Positions 13,112-25,599 of a DNA stretch of 64,000 nt are shown piece by piece. The first letter of the stretch is position 1. Each line of letters starts with the position of its first letter. The translations under genes and the position numbers were made by a program. The stretch spans positions 3,534,001 to 3,598,000 of the forward strand of contig JAYWIR010000009.1 of the NCBI GenBank assembly GCA_036172245.1, written 5' to 3'. The stretch is from Raillietiella orientalis (taxonomy: Eukaryota). Under the pieces are notes generated by a model. The model had not been told where the DNA came from. It worked only from the letters and a program-made list of their open reading frames with translations, and did not search any database.

Positions 13112-14739
13112 GCTACCCATGTGAAATACACAGCGTACGGTACAAACTTACTGATTAGGATAATTTAATTGCATGTTCGTCCTTCCGCTGCCACACTTCA
13201 AGTGGAGTCGTGTGGTGATGACTCATTAAATGCTTTAGTACATGTACAGCCGAAGCGTGTAGCCCGGATGGTGGTTCGTGGCGGCGGCCGCCGGGTCCGG
13301 CAGGTGGTCCTGGATCCGCCCGGGGCGCCTCTGGGGTAGCCGGGAAGTGGCAGTCGGGGCGAGTCGCGGGCAGGCGACCGCCCTCCGCGGCCCTGGAAGC
13401 GCACTGCTCGGGCGGGGGTGCGAGCCGTGCACCTGCCCGAGCATCTCTTTGCCCCCGCTTCCCGGTCTCCGTTGAGCTTCCAGCCCGCCTGCCCCCAGGA
13501 AGAAGCCGCGGCTGCGGGTGACTCCCTGGCCCTTCCCAATGGCGATTTTCAAGGATTTGTTCCACCTAGTTGCGGAGGCAGGTCGCCTCCACCCCAGGGT
13601 GTTCATCCCTTCAAGAGACAGCCACTAGAGTCTGGAACTAACGCGTCTCCCATGGAGGACCCCGTCCTGGAGGTGCTCTTCCCGTTCGCGAGGGGGAGCG
13701 GCAGGAGCTGTCGGGAACCTGCTTCCGCTGTCGCCATCTGCGCAGAGAGAGATGAGTTGAGTCTTCATTTCGATGAGGAGAACGAGATAGCAGCAGTGCG
13801 CGCGGGGCCGCTTTTCAGCCCTTCCGACGAACGTTCGCGGATCCGGCAGAGCCGGAGACTCTGAGGGGGTGAGCACGAGTCCAGAGGCAGGTGGTTACTC
13901 CACGATGCCGCTTCCCGTGCTGAGTCCCTTCTGCTCCCTCCTCCAGGGAAAGGAAGAGCCTGCGATCCTTCCATCCACAATTGTGTCGGTCGAGGAAAGT
14001 AGTAAGCGGAGCACCGTCGTCCTCAGATTTCACCTAGGCCACGGGTTCACATGGACGCAGACGCGCTTTCCTGCCCCTAGATCTCTGGAGGACGGCGGAA
14101 GATAAACAGAAATATGCGGGTGAGGTATCCGGAACGGGGCCATAAGGGAGAAGGTGTGACAAATCGGAGGGAAGAGTGGGTGGAGGTGGTAGATGGGATA
14201 AACTGGAGCAAGGGAGAGGCATGAAATGATTTAGAGATGGAATAGGAGGGGGGGGGGGACAGAGATGCTAGGCGGAGGTGGTGAGGGATCGGATGGGCGT
14301 AGCAGACTTCAATAGGGCTGGGGGAAGACTGTAGGATAGCGAAGAGAGGAAATGGGACGGGAGGAATTCGAGAAAGTGGCGAAGTCGCGGTTGGGGCAGA
14401 AATGGCGTAAGGGCAGTGCAAGGGGACTGTGGGATGGGCGCAAGAGGAAGTCAGGAGGCAGGGTCGGAGCGGAATCGAATAGGGGAGGGGAAGGAGCACG
14501 ACCCTGGGCACAAGGAGCACGCGCAGCCCTTCCCTACTGGAACAGGCTGGAACATGCGCGCACATCCGCTTCTTCGTAGCGGCGGCTGGGAAGGGGAGTT
14601 CGTGGGTGATCGCCCTTACTTCGGGCGCAATCGACCCCACCTCAATCCTTCCGGCTGATCCAAGGCGGAAGGGTGGTTGCGAAGCCGTCCAGAGCCCATG
14701 TTTGGCCAATGCAGCAGCATAAAGGGAATCCTAGAGCGG

Positions 14740-16412
14740 TACGTACGCTTCTTCTATGGGAAGGGAGGCGGATCCCGAATGGCCCGCGCCCCGTGAGTGG
14801 GTTTGCCCTTTCCCCTCCCCTGCATTGCGCCGGTGCCCAGGGATTGGCCGCTCCGCGACCTCGCCCGGAGGCGGGGGCCGCTCCTTCTGCTCCTGCCGAT
14901 CAGCTGATGCCTCCGGTCGAGATGGCTCCGGAGAAATTGGACCGCTTGTTGCTTCAGTGAGGTCGGAGCTCCCCTGTCGCCAACGTGGCATCCCCTGTGC
15001 TGCCCTTTCCCGTGAAGCAGACGGCTTGCTTTCCTGTTTCGCATACTTCCGTCAGTACCCTTCAGTTGCGATGCCTCGGTTCCAGTCCATCCCATCACGC
15101 AGCTGACGGCTCGCAGTCCTGAGATATCTCTTCAGCTATCAGTCATACCAGGATGTGAAATTTGCGCACTGTGAGCTCCACCACCCGGAGAGTCGACTCC
15201 TTCCTTGCGCGCAGTCCACGCATTCTCATCCACTGCGGACTGCACCGGCGGCAGGTGGCCACGCTGGCTAGGAAAAACGGATGCATCTCGTGCCGCCCCG
15301 CGAACGGTAATCCTGGCTGCAGGAAACCGTTCGCACGTGTGCGGGGATCCAGGAGCCAAGCGCGGAACAGGTACGACGTTTTCCAGGCGCAACAAAAACT
15401 GCACGCTCCGGGAGATCCTGGAAGATCCCGTGGAGAGAGTGCGTGGGCAAGCAGAACTCCCCTCGCCGCTGCGCAATCCTCCCTTAGGGAGCACGTGGGC
15501 AGCAGCCTTACAGTTAGATGGGAGGTCACTGAGGAAATCTCTGGAAGAAGAAAAGGACTAGGAAACGGGCCACTCGCCGACGCTGCAGCCCCGAGTGCTC
15601 GATCTCGTGGACTTTTGCGCTGGGGCGTGCAACTGGGTATTCCGGAAAAAGAACTGCAGCGGCCCCCGGCTCTCACGAACACCCGTACTCTCCCCTCGAA
15701 GTGGCAGGAGTCGGCGTTGATGCTGCTGCACGGGGTCCTCGCGTGCAACGCCCGCCGGCATCATTGGACACGGGAGGGAGGGGTGGACGCGAACTGTGCC
15801 AGGTGCGGGGAGCGGGAATCCCTCCCGCACCTCCTAATGAACTGTGTTGCCCTTCGACTGCTTTGGGGACACTTTTCCGCGACCCTTGAACCGCCGGTGG
15901 CAACGCCCGAGACGTTGGAAGGCGCCTCTTCCTGCGCGACCCCCTCACGCCGGCCGCATCTCCAGCAGCACTGTGCTTCCCACGTGGCAGGACCGTGGCT
16001 GCATGGAGCAACGCCAGAGGAGGCCACGACGACAGGGATGCCATGTATTTTCATGTTCATTTTGATGTTCATGAGGACAGCGTCAAGGTGGCCCCATCTG
16101 GGTGGCCCCATAAAACAGGAACCTGCCGCCATCCTTACAAGGATGCAGAGGACGCCCTCCAACACACAGTGATCCCTTCCCGATCACCCCATCTCCCCCC
16201 CTTTTTCAACTGGATGTTTTTTGTTTGACTTGTTTTCCCTTTTGTTTGTTTTCCCTTGTCCTGTGCTTCCGAGGCGACCCTGCTGGCCTGCGTGTCAGTT
16301 CTCGGCAGGTTCCTTCCCGTATTTATAAGTAACGTGGCAGGATCGAGCGTTCTACCACAGACGTGTATGTTTATTTTTTTGTCAATAAACTCTTCAGCGT
16401 GACCGGGTGTTA
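14740..16412 (+). mobile_element. L1/Tx1-like LINE 3' relic, subfamily B (longest B copy, 5' limit uncertain)
   Basis: ORF 15162-16172 contains LPSKWQESALMLLHGVLACNARRHHW...NCARCGERESLPHLLMNC (zf-RVT-type) and RWPHL. The 3' end is aataaac...gcgtgaccgggtg (16384-16409). Near-identical to 29285-30033. Confidence 0.85.
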
Positions 16413-16749
16413 ACCACCTGGAGGGTCGTGAAAAAACAAAAATTGGAAACGCAGGCAAGCACCCAAAAGCTAGAGGCAGTTGAAAGTGTCCTACGTCAGC
16501 CACGCGAGCCACATCGTCCGGATGTGGCTCGCGATGCAGCACAGAGGATGAGGACGGACGGATGGTAATCAAACGGGCAGCTTTCGAAAGCAACAGACCA
16601 ACTGCTCTTCCCCAGCTCTAGATGGCACAACGTGTTCCTCGGTAAGTCACGCTGCGATGTCGCTCTCGGACTGCTCCCTAGATGGCACTGACAGCAGAGA
16701 ACCCCAAGTGCCCGCCTTTCTAGTGAAAAACAGCTTGCTTTCTATTTTT

Positions 16750-17485
16750 TATTGGACCGCTAAGTACTCAAGAATCGTTCGTCTTCTTGGGGGGCTCACA
16801 GAGCTCACTTGGGTACACCAGCCAGGAGTGCGTGTGACTCTACAAGTTAAGGGGGGAGACTCCGGAGGGACCGCCCTATGAATCCAGGAAGTTTCCGGAG
16901 GAAGGAGGCCGTTTCTCTCACTCCTGGGAGGGAATCCCGAAGGTAACCGTGTCTTCCTTATCCTCTCCGTAGGGTCCCGCATAGGTCGCCACTCTTCGTC
17001 TTTTTTCCTAAGTGAAGCCGGAAAGGACAAATTCCTAGGATTTCTTCTATTGAGGGAACCGCAAAGGCACCTCTCCTCTGAAGAGAACCCCGAAGGGAAC
17101 AGAGTGCTTCTGACACACTGAAGAGGCAGCCCCCTGAAGAGGGTATCAGCCAGCTCCATGGCACGCGATGGAGGGTTCCCCTTAAGAAAAGGAACAGCTC
17201 CAGTTTCGCAACCGGAGGAGAAGCCTCGAAGGAAACGCGCTCCTTGATTCCTGGAAGAATCCCGAAAGGATCAACTTTCAATCCCGGTCATTCGACGGCG
17301 GCTTTCACCAGTGGTGCACTCGAAGCCTGCAGGTCAACCAGTGCCATCCTGCGGGGGTAATCGAAACCCACTACGCGCCTCCAATTTTTCGATGTAGACT
17401 CGTATCCGGCCGGGATTTGAACCCGCGACACCAGGTGCCACCACGCGCGGAGAGATCTCAGCCGTACGGGCTGCCAATGCTCGCT
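16750..17485 (-). mobile_element. SINE-like family A, full-length copy
   Basis: Reverse B-box gggatttgaacccg (17412-17425). Body and tail align with the other copies. Confidence 0.85.
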
Positions 17486-17689
17486 TCCTCTGAGAGCGCT
17501 GCGCGCCGCTAGCCTGCGGCCCGCACTAAGGTGACCGCGGACGTCACAGCATTCGCCCCGTCCGTTCGAGCCACATTCCCGCTCATCTGGTCATCTTAGG
17601 ATGAGCCGCGCGACGCAGGAAGCGCCGGGAACCGTATCGAGTCTCCTGGCCCCCTGCACTGGTGCGACTGAGGTCTTCGCCGCGACACG

Positions 17690-18420
17690 CCTTCGTTCGA
17701 TGATGAGGAAGCGGGACGCCTGGATGCGGGAGGTCACGGCGGAGAGATCGGAAGCGTTCCCCGCAAGGGACGACTCCGGACGGCGACGAGGTCACAGGGC
17801 AGGCATCAGGCGGCATCTCGGGGCACGATGGAGGAAGAATACGGAACCCACATACATGGTCCGGAGGCGCGTCCAGACTGCATCTCAAAGAGGTGGCGGG
17901 AATGGAGTAGTCCTGATTCACGACGGCACCGCCTTCCTCTTCCCTCCCAGCCGCCTTCCTTTAGTCCCTCGAGGACTTCCATCGTGCTCATTGAGGGCGT
18001 CCCGAAGAGGCGCGTCAACGATTACCAGGTGTATCTTTGGCATAGAGACACGGCGTGCAATCCGAGTGCTTTTCCGGACGGCGCCTAAGCAACTGCCTGA
18101 ACGGCGCGATCTCTACGGCGACGAGTGAAGGCGTATGAGACGAAAACGCCGTCCGGAGTTCCGGTCGAGAGGTCCAAGAACAAGGGACGGGGCAGGGAGC
18201 GTGGAAGGCATGAGTGATCTCCCCGCAACCCCTGGTGACCACACCTACGCTGAACCAATAACTCAAGGGATGGAGTCGTTCCGGAGAAGTCCTTCGTCCA
18301 GACAGGCTTCCCAGTTACCGCAACCCCTTGCCAGTTCGGAAGGCTCTCCAAAGGAACCACTACCTGGAGGACCGTTCTATGACCTCGCCTCCCACCCTGA
18401 GGCAATCAACGTGTGTCCAA
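17690..18420 (+). pseudogene. Decayed AP-type endonuclease region of a LINE ORF2
   Basis: Motif-like pieces occur in the expected order across frameshifts: GIS(ET)W-like, YMVRR...RGGGNGVVLIHDG, LYGDE (GDFN-like), GDHTY, LASHPEAI (SDH-like). Confidence 0.45.
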
Positions 18421-18499
18421 GGGATCTGCTGTTCCGGAAAAGCAGCCACGCCGCTCCCTGGGACTCCGGCAAGAACGAAGTGCGGGTGTTCGAGAAAGT

Positions 18500-18708
18500 T
18501 CCTCTCATGCCTGGAAATGGAGATCACCTTCACCCTGGTTGTCTCCGAAGGGGAATCCTGAAGGGAATCTCCTTCCTTATTCTCTCTGAAGAGACCCTCG
18601 GAGGGGTCCACTCCAGTTTTTTTTCTCTGATGGGAACCCGCAAGGAATCCGCTCCTGTTTACTCCTCTGAAGAGAACCCAGAAGGGACGCTTCCGAAATT
18701 CAGAAGGA
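18500..18708 (-). mobile_element. SINE-like family A, internal fragment
   Basis: caccctggttgtctccgaagggg...cctctgaagagaacccagaagggacgcttccgaaattcagaagg matches the body of the copy at 43126-43905. Confidence 0.8.
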
Positions 18709-19971
18709 TACAGGAAGAGTGTTCGAGAAATGGCGGCTCACGGGAAGGATGGATGACCTCCCCAGGAGGTACCGCAGGTCCTACCTGGAGCTTTTGACGC
18801 AGCATAAGACCCTCTGGTTTGCGACCAGCCTTGCTTGAAAGACGCCCTCTATCCGCTTCCGTGACCTGGCATCCGCCTGCCTCCCTCTGCCATCGTCTTG
18901 TACCTCTTCCTCCGGAAAAGCGTTCTGTTTCCCAGGGAAATGTTCTCGAATGTCCATTGCGGGCCTGCATCTCCTTCGAGGCGCTCGGGTGCCGCCCCTT
19001 TCACGGGATCGAAGGAAGGGTCTGCGAAGGCCCTCTCCTCTTCTCACTGGGCACATCAACAGGGGAGGAGGAGTAAGAAGATAGCAGAGAAAGGCCATTC
19101 GCCCCTGTCCACCCTAGGGAGCGCTATCGGACTTGGCCACCTTGCATGCCGCCCACATTCCAACACGCGAAGATGAGAGAGACTTCCTTCCTCTTTGCTT
19201 TCATACTCATAGTTTCATAGCCGTCACGAAAATGAAGTCCAGGAGCTCTCGAGACGGACGTGACCTTTGAACCGTGGGTGCTCCGAGGAGCACACACCTC
19301 AGTCGCGGCTTTGGCGACCTATCCGAAGAAAGAGGAACTTCCCAGAGTTCTGGAAAATGAGGATCACAAAGAAAGCCGTAAGAATGGTGCTCAGTCGGAA
19401 CTCTGAGGTCTCAACTGACCACCATTCGTTTTCTTTGCTTTTTTTGGCGCGGCGGAAACGCTCTTGGGCTCATCCGATTGTGCTGCCATCTGCTTGAAGC
19501 TCTATCCCGTCAGCCGAACCCGAGGAGGGAGGCCGAATGCCGAAAATGGAAGCAGTCGTAGGGAGTCCCAGCCTAATTCGAGTGGTCGAAAATCAGTTCA
19601 GAGCGCACGTTCGGATCCACAGGTCACACGAACAAAGGAGGCTGACGGTATGCACAGCTGCCGACTGATCCCTCCACCACTCTCAGCTTCACTTTCCTCA
19701 TTCCGTAGAACGGAATAAATATGAAACCGATTGGAAAAATCTTTCTGCATTCCGGAACTCCCACGTTCTTCTCCGAGGGCTTGGATGACCCCATGCCACT
19801 CTCTGCGTCCTGCTGGAATCTCCCTTCACATGGAGCAGCGTTGATTTTCCGCTCCACATCTGCACTGCATTCAGTGCGGAATTAGGAGTCGAAGCAACTG
19901 CGCCCAGTAAGGAAGATGCACGTAGGAACACTCCCACGACCAAACGAAAGAAACAGCTCTGTCTGGATGTT

Positions 19972-20655
19972 CTGTATCCAGTCACTCCCAGGGACGTTTG
20001 TTCAAAAAGAAACAAATCAACAGTCAGAGAGGACGGCATCCACTGAATATAGAAGGTAACCACAACAGAAAAAGATGTTCGCTGGGAATGACCACCAGCT
20101 CGGAGGCTGGCTTCTAAGAAAGTTAGGAAGAAGAGGAAAGGACAGAGGTTTTTGTTTCGTTTCGTTCCTTCCTTCCTAGAAGCGGCCGTGCATGGTGGCG
20201 ACCTCTCCTATGACTTCTTTTGTCAGGTGAGGGCACTTTTGGCAGCCGTCCTCGTATGGGCGGCTGCCATGCTGGCGGTCTCCCTTTGCTGCGAGAGAGA
20301 CTCCATCACGTAGTGGACCGTCGCCACGGCGCCGAGGCCGATGCAACAGATGGGCGCTCGTTTTCAGCCCGCCTCGCCTCCGAGAAGAAGCTCCGAGAAG
20401 AGCCACCGCCACATGTCCTCCAGGGCACCTCAGTCCAGAAGGAGGTGCGGGAACGATCTCACCTCACCGCACCTGGAACAGGTCGGTGAGGCAGCGCCCC
20501 CGGGAACCAGGTGCCTGCGCTGGTTGCACCGGAATCCCACCGCAGTGCAGAAGCAGAAGGACATCCTGTGGTTTCCAGCGAAGCGGGAACACGGAAGTGT
20601 CTGCTGACGGAGAAGGCACCACGAGTTCTTCGGAGGGAACACCGAGGAGGGTGTT
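19972..20655 (-). mobile_element. L1/Tx1-like LINE 3' relic, subfamily D
   Basis: Translates to FRCNQRRHLVPGGAASPTCSRCGEVRSFPHLLLD and CPHLTKEVIGEVATMHGRF*. Degenerate terminal hairpin at 19972-20000. Confidence 0.75.
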
Positions 20656-20659
20656 GGCC

Positions 20660-22020
20660 TTCTCGGCGACCGTGTAACGCTCGCCGCTCTCACTGGACCC
20701 GGGGGGCTGTGGACCCAAACTGCTTAAGGTGTGGGGAACGGGAATCCTTCCTGCACCTGCTAGCAGACTGTGTTGCCCTCCGGCCCCTGTGGTTGCGTTA
20801 CGCAACGGTCCTTGGTGCACCGACGGACAATCCCAGGGACGCCTCTTCGTGCGCGATGCCCTTTCGCCTGCCGCATCCTCAGCAGCTCCTTGCTGCTGCC
20901 CGCGTGGGACTGTAGCGGCCTGGAGCTACACGAGAGGAGGACGGCGCCACCTGCTTCGCCCTGCGCTTCCTGCGGACGGCAGCAAGATGGCCCCACCAGA
21001 GGCATACTCGGATGGACCTAGCGGGCACCCTGGGAAGGATGCAGAGGACGTCCTCGAGCACCCGGTGATCCCTCTTCTAACCTTCCCAATTTTTTGCCTT
21101 TTTCGTTTTGTTTTTCTTTCTGTTTGCCCCCTCTCCCACATTCCTCCGCTACCGAGGCGAACCTCGCCGGTCTCAGTGCCGCGTACTCGACAGATTCTGA
21201 GCATTTGCGGACGTTTTCACCCGGTCAAGCCGGGGCGTTTATTAAAAAACCTTCGGTATTTGCGGTACAAAGCCCTGCTGCGGCTAATAGCACTAGGGAG
21301 CTGCCGGGTGGTCGGTGCGCAGACCGACTTGACACTTCACGTCAGCGGAGGGGTATGGGAAAAACAGAAATAAAAATAAAGGAAAACGAAAAAAGCAAAA
21401 AACCATAGTTTTTTGGAGGGTCGGGAAGGGATCACTGTCCGTTGTGTGGAGTTTCCATCCTTGCCGACGAGGTCCTTCTGCGTGTTTCCCAGGTGGGGCC
21501 ATCGGGTTGCTATTCTCAGAAAGCGAGCTGCATACTCCATGACATCCCTTCCGTTAACATCTTCTGCTTCGTCAGGTCCACTCCAAGCCGCCACAATACC
21601 GCGGATGCAGCTGAGCGCTGCTACGGCAGCGGCTGGCTGCAGGGTGTCCCGCACTAAGAGGAGCCGAAAAACGTCTCTGGGAGGGCTACCTTCCACGATC
21701 CCTAGGGTCGTACCGAAACGTTCCCAAAGAGTCCGGGGGGCAACACAGTTCATTAGGAGGTGCGGGAGGGATTCCCGCTCCCCACACGTGGCACAGTTTG
21801 GATTCACTCGTCCCCGTGTCCAGTGATGGCGGCGTGCGTTGCAGGGCAGTCCCCAGTGCAACAGCATAAGCGCCGACTCCTGCCACTTTAGGGGAAGGAT
21901 CCTTCTTCCGGTTATTACTGGGGGCCACTTCATTTGCGGACGAGGTAGGGCCGACCTCCCTACACTTTGTATGTTTATTGTTTTTTATAATAAACGTCCC
22001 GGCGTCACCGGGTGATAAAC
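20660..22020 (+). mobile_element. LINE subfamily B copy, interrupted in its 3'UTR by another B copy
   Basis: PCNARRSHWTRGAVDPNCLRCGERESFLHLLADC. The 3' end aataaacgtcccggcgtcaccgggtgataaac is at 21989-22020. Confidence 0.85.
21214..21930 (-). mobile_element. LINE subfamily B copy nested antisense in another B copy, 12-bp TSD
   Basis: TSD catttgcggacg at 21202-21213 and 21931-21942. ORF 21337-21933 has WQESALMLLHWGLPCNARRHHW...CATCGERESLPHLLMNC. Confidence 0.9.
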
Positions 22021-22849
22021 CAACGGGTGCTGCGATTCGCTAGTCGAGAGTGAAAGTTGCGTACACGACGGAGAGCAGGAGGAAAAGGGGGAAGGAGGGG
22101 CGCTCGCGGGGAGCCTGGCTGTTCCGTGCAAGCAACAGTGGCCTTCTCCGGGGAGTCCATCCCGTCACTGCGTCGGGAATCGGCCGCTCGTAGCACAGCT
22201 TCCCCGCAGCCGGATGGACTGCACGGCCTTCAAGGACCGGGGTCGACCCCAGCTAACGGATGCCCTCGAGGTGTCCCGATCTCTTCTCATGAGTGAGATT
22301 CACGGGTGAACCAGAGCTCAGCTACTCCTGGTCTCCCAGCATTCTCTGAGTCTTCCGAAAGACAACGCATCCCGGATGTTCTGGGAGCCCACACGCATCT
22401 GCGTGTTAATCTGGAACAGAGGTGAACTCCCGAGCCGAGCTCCGTGGGGCGCCCTTTGATGTCCTGAGAACAGGGGCTTGCGTCGTCCTACTGAATTCGC
22501 GCCGCCCACTCAGAAGCACCCGTGGTGGTCGTCGATGAGCACGAGAGAGAAGAGGAAGAACACTGCCGACCCCCTCTCTTCTGAGAGGGAACCGACGCGT
22601 GAGTCTACCCGCTCGCTGTCGGCCCACTGCAACTCCAAAAACGATGATATCGGGTAGGAGCCTCAAGGGCGGGCGACGGGGGTGAATGAGCCCCGAGCAA
22701 ACCGATTCGATGCTTCCCGCCGTCCAGCAACTCAGCTGCGACTTCTGCCGCAAGCACCGGCTAACTCCAGCACGGAACCATCCAGTACGGGTCCAGGTAG
22801 GGTCTCCTGAAGATAGGAAGCAGAATTGGAGGCCCTCGGAAGGGCGAAA

Positions 22850-23403
22850 CTCCAGAGAACATACTTCGTACCGCGGAGGCAGGTCTGGGCCCCGAGAGGA
22901 AAGCGGACGACCCCAGTCAGGGATGGCGGACCCTATCCACGAGGATGTTGCCCCGGCGTGCTAAATGCTGCGGGCCGCCTGACTTTCTGGCTCAGACCAG
23001 CTGACGCGGGATGCCGGAAGAGCGGGAAGTACAGGTCCATTTTTGCAGACCGTCTCCGTCGGTCCGTCGATGGAGACGAGGGTGGCGTCGCCTTGAGAAC
23101 GACGTCCTCTGGCGTGCAGTCGGCTGCGGAAGACTAGTAGAGCATCTCTCATCTTCCGAGACCTTAGCAGGGAGAAGGCAGGCGTGGACCTCCCACCTGG
23201 CATCGACGTGCGACGATGTGGCGGCCGTGGGCTGTGGGCGCACGTGCGCGGGTCCCAGAACATGCCTTGTTCCTACCGAGGACGCCCCGGGGTCGTCCCC
23301 CTGAAGGAGGTACGACGTGATCCCGAGAAATGGCCACAGATACTATAAAGGTTTTCTTCGGAAGAATAAACGCCCGGCGCACAAATAAACGCCCCGGGTG
23401 AGA
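22850..23403 (+). pseudogene. Possible LINE endonuclease relic followed by an orphan 3'-hairpin end
   Basis: YRSIFADRLRRSVDGDEGGVAL resembles the R.DR...GGGVA motif. aataaacgcccgg...aataaacgccccgggtgaga lies at 23365-23403. Confidence 0.3.
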
Positions 23404-25599
23404 ATCGAGAAGTGGCCACGTGCCACCGCCGCAGTGCTGCCTTCCCCGCGGGGGCGTCGTGGCAGTCGCGGTGGCAGGAGGTGCTGAACCCACCGGCAGC
23501 CGCTCAGCCTGAGAACTTTCCGGGAGACGCGACCTGAAGTGCTCGCGCCCAACGACCGGCAGGCCAACCTGTCACGCCCGTGGACAACCCCGGGCTCCCC
23601 AGCCCCTCCAGACGGCGAAACGCGGCAACGCCTCTGCTCCCGAGCTGCCGGCTCCTCCGCGGCGGATGGCAACGGGCGGCAGAGGCCCTCCGACCGCTGC
23701 CCCCGGCAGCTCCCTGCGGCGATTCCTCCGCGCCGCAAGAGGGGAGCCACCACGGGGCCGCTGGCCATCCCGCGCTGAGCCATCGCGTGGGGTCAGCTGC
23801 AGCACCAGAGGACCATCCCGCTCCCTCCGCGTTGAGGGAAGAGGCGCCTGCCTCCCCGGATAACAAGGAAGATGCCGTCCGTCTCGCAGGCGCTCTCTGA
23901 GAAAGGCGTGGGGTGGTCGCCCCCGTGACCTACTCCTCCGTTTCCATTTTCGTGGGTCTTTTTCTTCAAGCGCCTTCTCCCGGTGGTCTCCTGTGCACAT
24001 GTACAGCTCGTACTCGTACATGTTGATTTCTGGTTACGTCCGGTGACCCTTTCCCGTTTCCTTGCCGCCGCTCTCCCAGCTGCCCGCCTGCCCGCCAGCA
24101 TCGTCTGCGGAAGGCCATTCTCTTCAGATATGCCCGTTTCGTTCAGACAGCGTCCCGGACTGACCTTTGCAGTCCGTGCACCCGGGTCGTTCGCTCGGAA
24201 GGAACGGATGCAAGCGGGAACAGCTGGACGCCGACATGTGTCGGCCTGGACCCAAAGAGGCTGCCCTCGCCGGGGACAGATTCAGGGAGGGTGGACGGGG
24301 GAAGGAGGATAAATAAGCAGGGTGTGGGGGGCGGAGTGGAGCGACCTCAGGGCACGCAGCGGGATTCCCGGGTTGCCAACAGCAACGAAGACGGGAAGGC
24401 CGCGTGAACGTCTGTTGGACAGCCATGTGACCCCCGTGACTCCTCGGTTTTGCACTTATTTATTGCCGTTCCTGTTCGTGACCTTTCGGGTCCCTTTTCC
24501 CTTGACTGCGCTCGTTCCCTTCCCTTTTTCCTCGCGGCTCCCGAGCTGCGCGCCGGCGTTCCCTGAGTCGCGCTCGCCCAAGGCATTTCATATGTGTTGG
24601 GGTCACTTGAGCAGGTGTGCCGGTGGTGCTCAGGGTGAAAGGTCACCTCCAGGTTCTACGTCATTGCTGGGCATTTGCAGCGCACAACAGGGAGGCGGCG
24701 TAGGCGTCTGCGGCGCACGTCTTTCGCTCGCATCTCTTCCTGCAGTTCCTGATCTCTTTCTCCAGGCGAGTACGGCTAGGCGCCATCGCAGCGCCGAGTG
24801 CGTGCGAAGGCAGGAAGCGGACGCACACTGGGACTGGGGAAAGCTTGGAGCGAGGAGGCTGCTCAGGAGGACAGCACGAAGGAGGCGGCCGCGGAGGGGT
24901 CGCCGGGGGGCGTCCTCGAGGGAAAACTGGGCAGGAGTTACCGTTTCCGGTTCTCGATGCAGGCTGCTAGCGAGAGCTGGAGGCATTCAACGGGAGGGTC
25001 GGGCGCGATTCCGTGCCTGATCGCTCTCCCTCCTCTCTCCTCCCCTTCGGAGGGATATGTCCGGGTCGGTAACTGCCCTCCTCTATGCCCGGGATCGGTT
25101 TCCCAAGCAACGTGCGAGAAAGCGCTGAGCTTGAATCGCGGTCCTCTGCAACGAGCAGCGGCAACCGCTGCGGCCGCGCATCTTTCAGGATCCCATCCTG
25201 CGCAATAATCCCGAATTGCCGCCCTCCCTTTCCCCGTAATTTGAAACGCGATAACGATGGCGAAGAGATCTCAGCGTGGTTTCAGTTTAATTAAATGTCT
25301 TCGCGGAGTGCTTGGTCTTCGTCGCCAGAGCAACCTCGAGACCCGCATGGTTGCATCTTTTCCTGGCGAGCATCGTAAAAACCTTCCTATCGCGCTCGAT
25401 CGGATGCATTGGCGCATAAACCGGAGAAATCGTAAAATCCCCATGGAGTCCCTGCAGCATGCCTACTCCCAATACGGAGCGCTTGGCGGGCCCGGAGATT
25501 CAGGTGGAAGCATCGACCGTCCTGCAAGTGGGCGTCATGAAGGAGACAAATAGACACTCGTGGTTGCCTTCACGTCCTCAAGGCGTCCAGCCACCGACC

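Larger units (their letters stand above)
12671..13120 (-). other. 149-aa ORF in an AT-rich island, apparent mosaic of bacterial (Wolbachia-like) gene fragments
   Basis: About 38% GC by hand count over 12661-13080, against clearly GC-rich flanks. Contains MEIFLDSVDFNEI and ELSCETDFVARNEKFIE in one frame. No evidence of expression. Confidence 0.55.
20146..22023 (+). repeat. Left arm of 1.88-kb inverted duplication
   Basis: Position x pairs with 47946-x throughout. All six-frame ORF translations in the two arms are identical. The only mismatches I saw are in the outer ~20 bp. Confidence 0.95.

Noticed and set aside
15162..16172. 336-aa ORF (and the 198-aa ORFs at 21337 and 26013) as functional CDS
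   Set aside because: These are only C-terminal LINE ORF2 remnants. The frame drifts relative to sister copies and there is no RT or endonuclease core.
17070..17140. CTGAAGAG motifs in antisense SINE A (and CTGATGA at ~61425) as hammerhead ribozyme cores
   Set aside because: No correctly placed GAAA after a stem II and no closing stems were found by eye.
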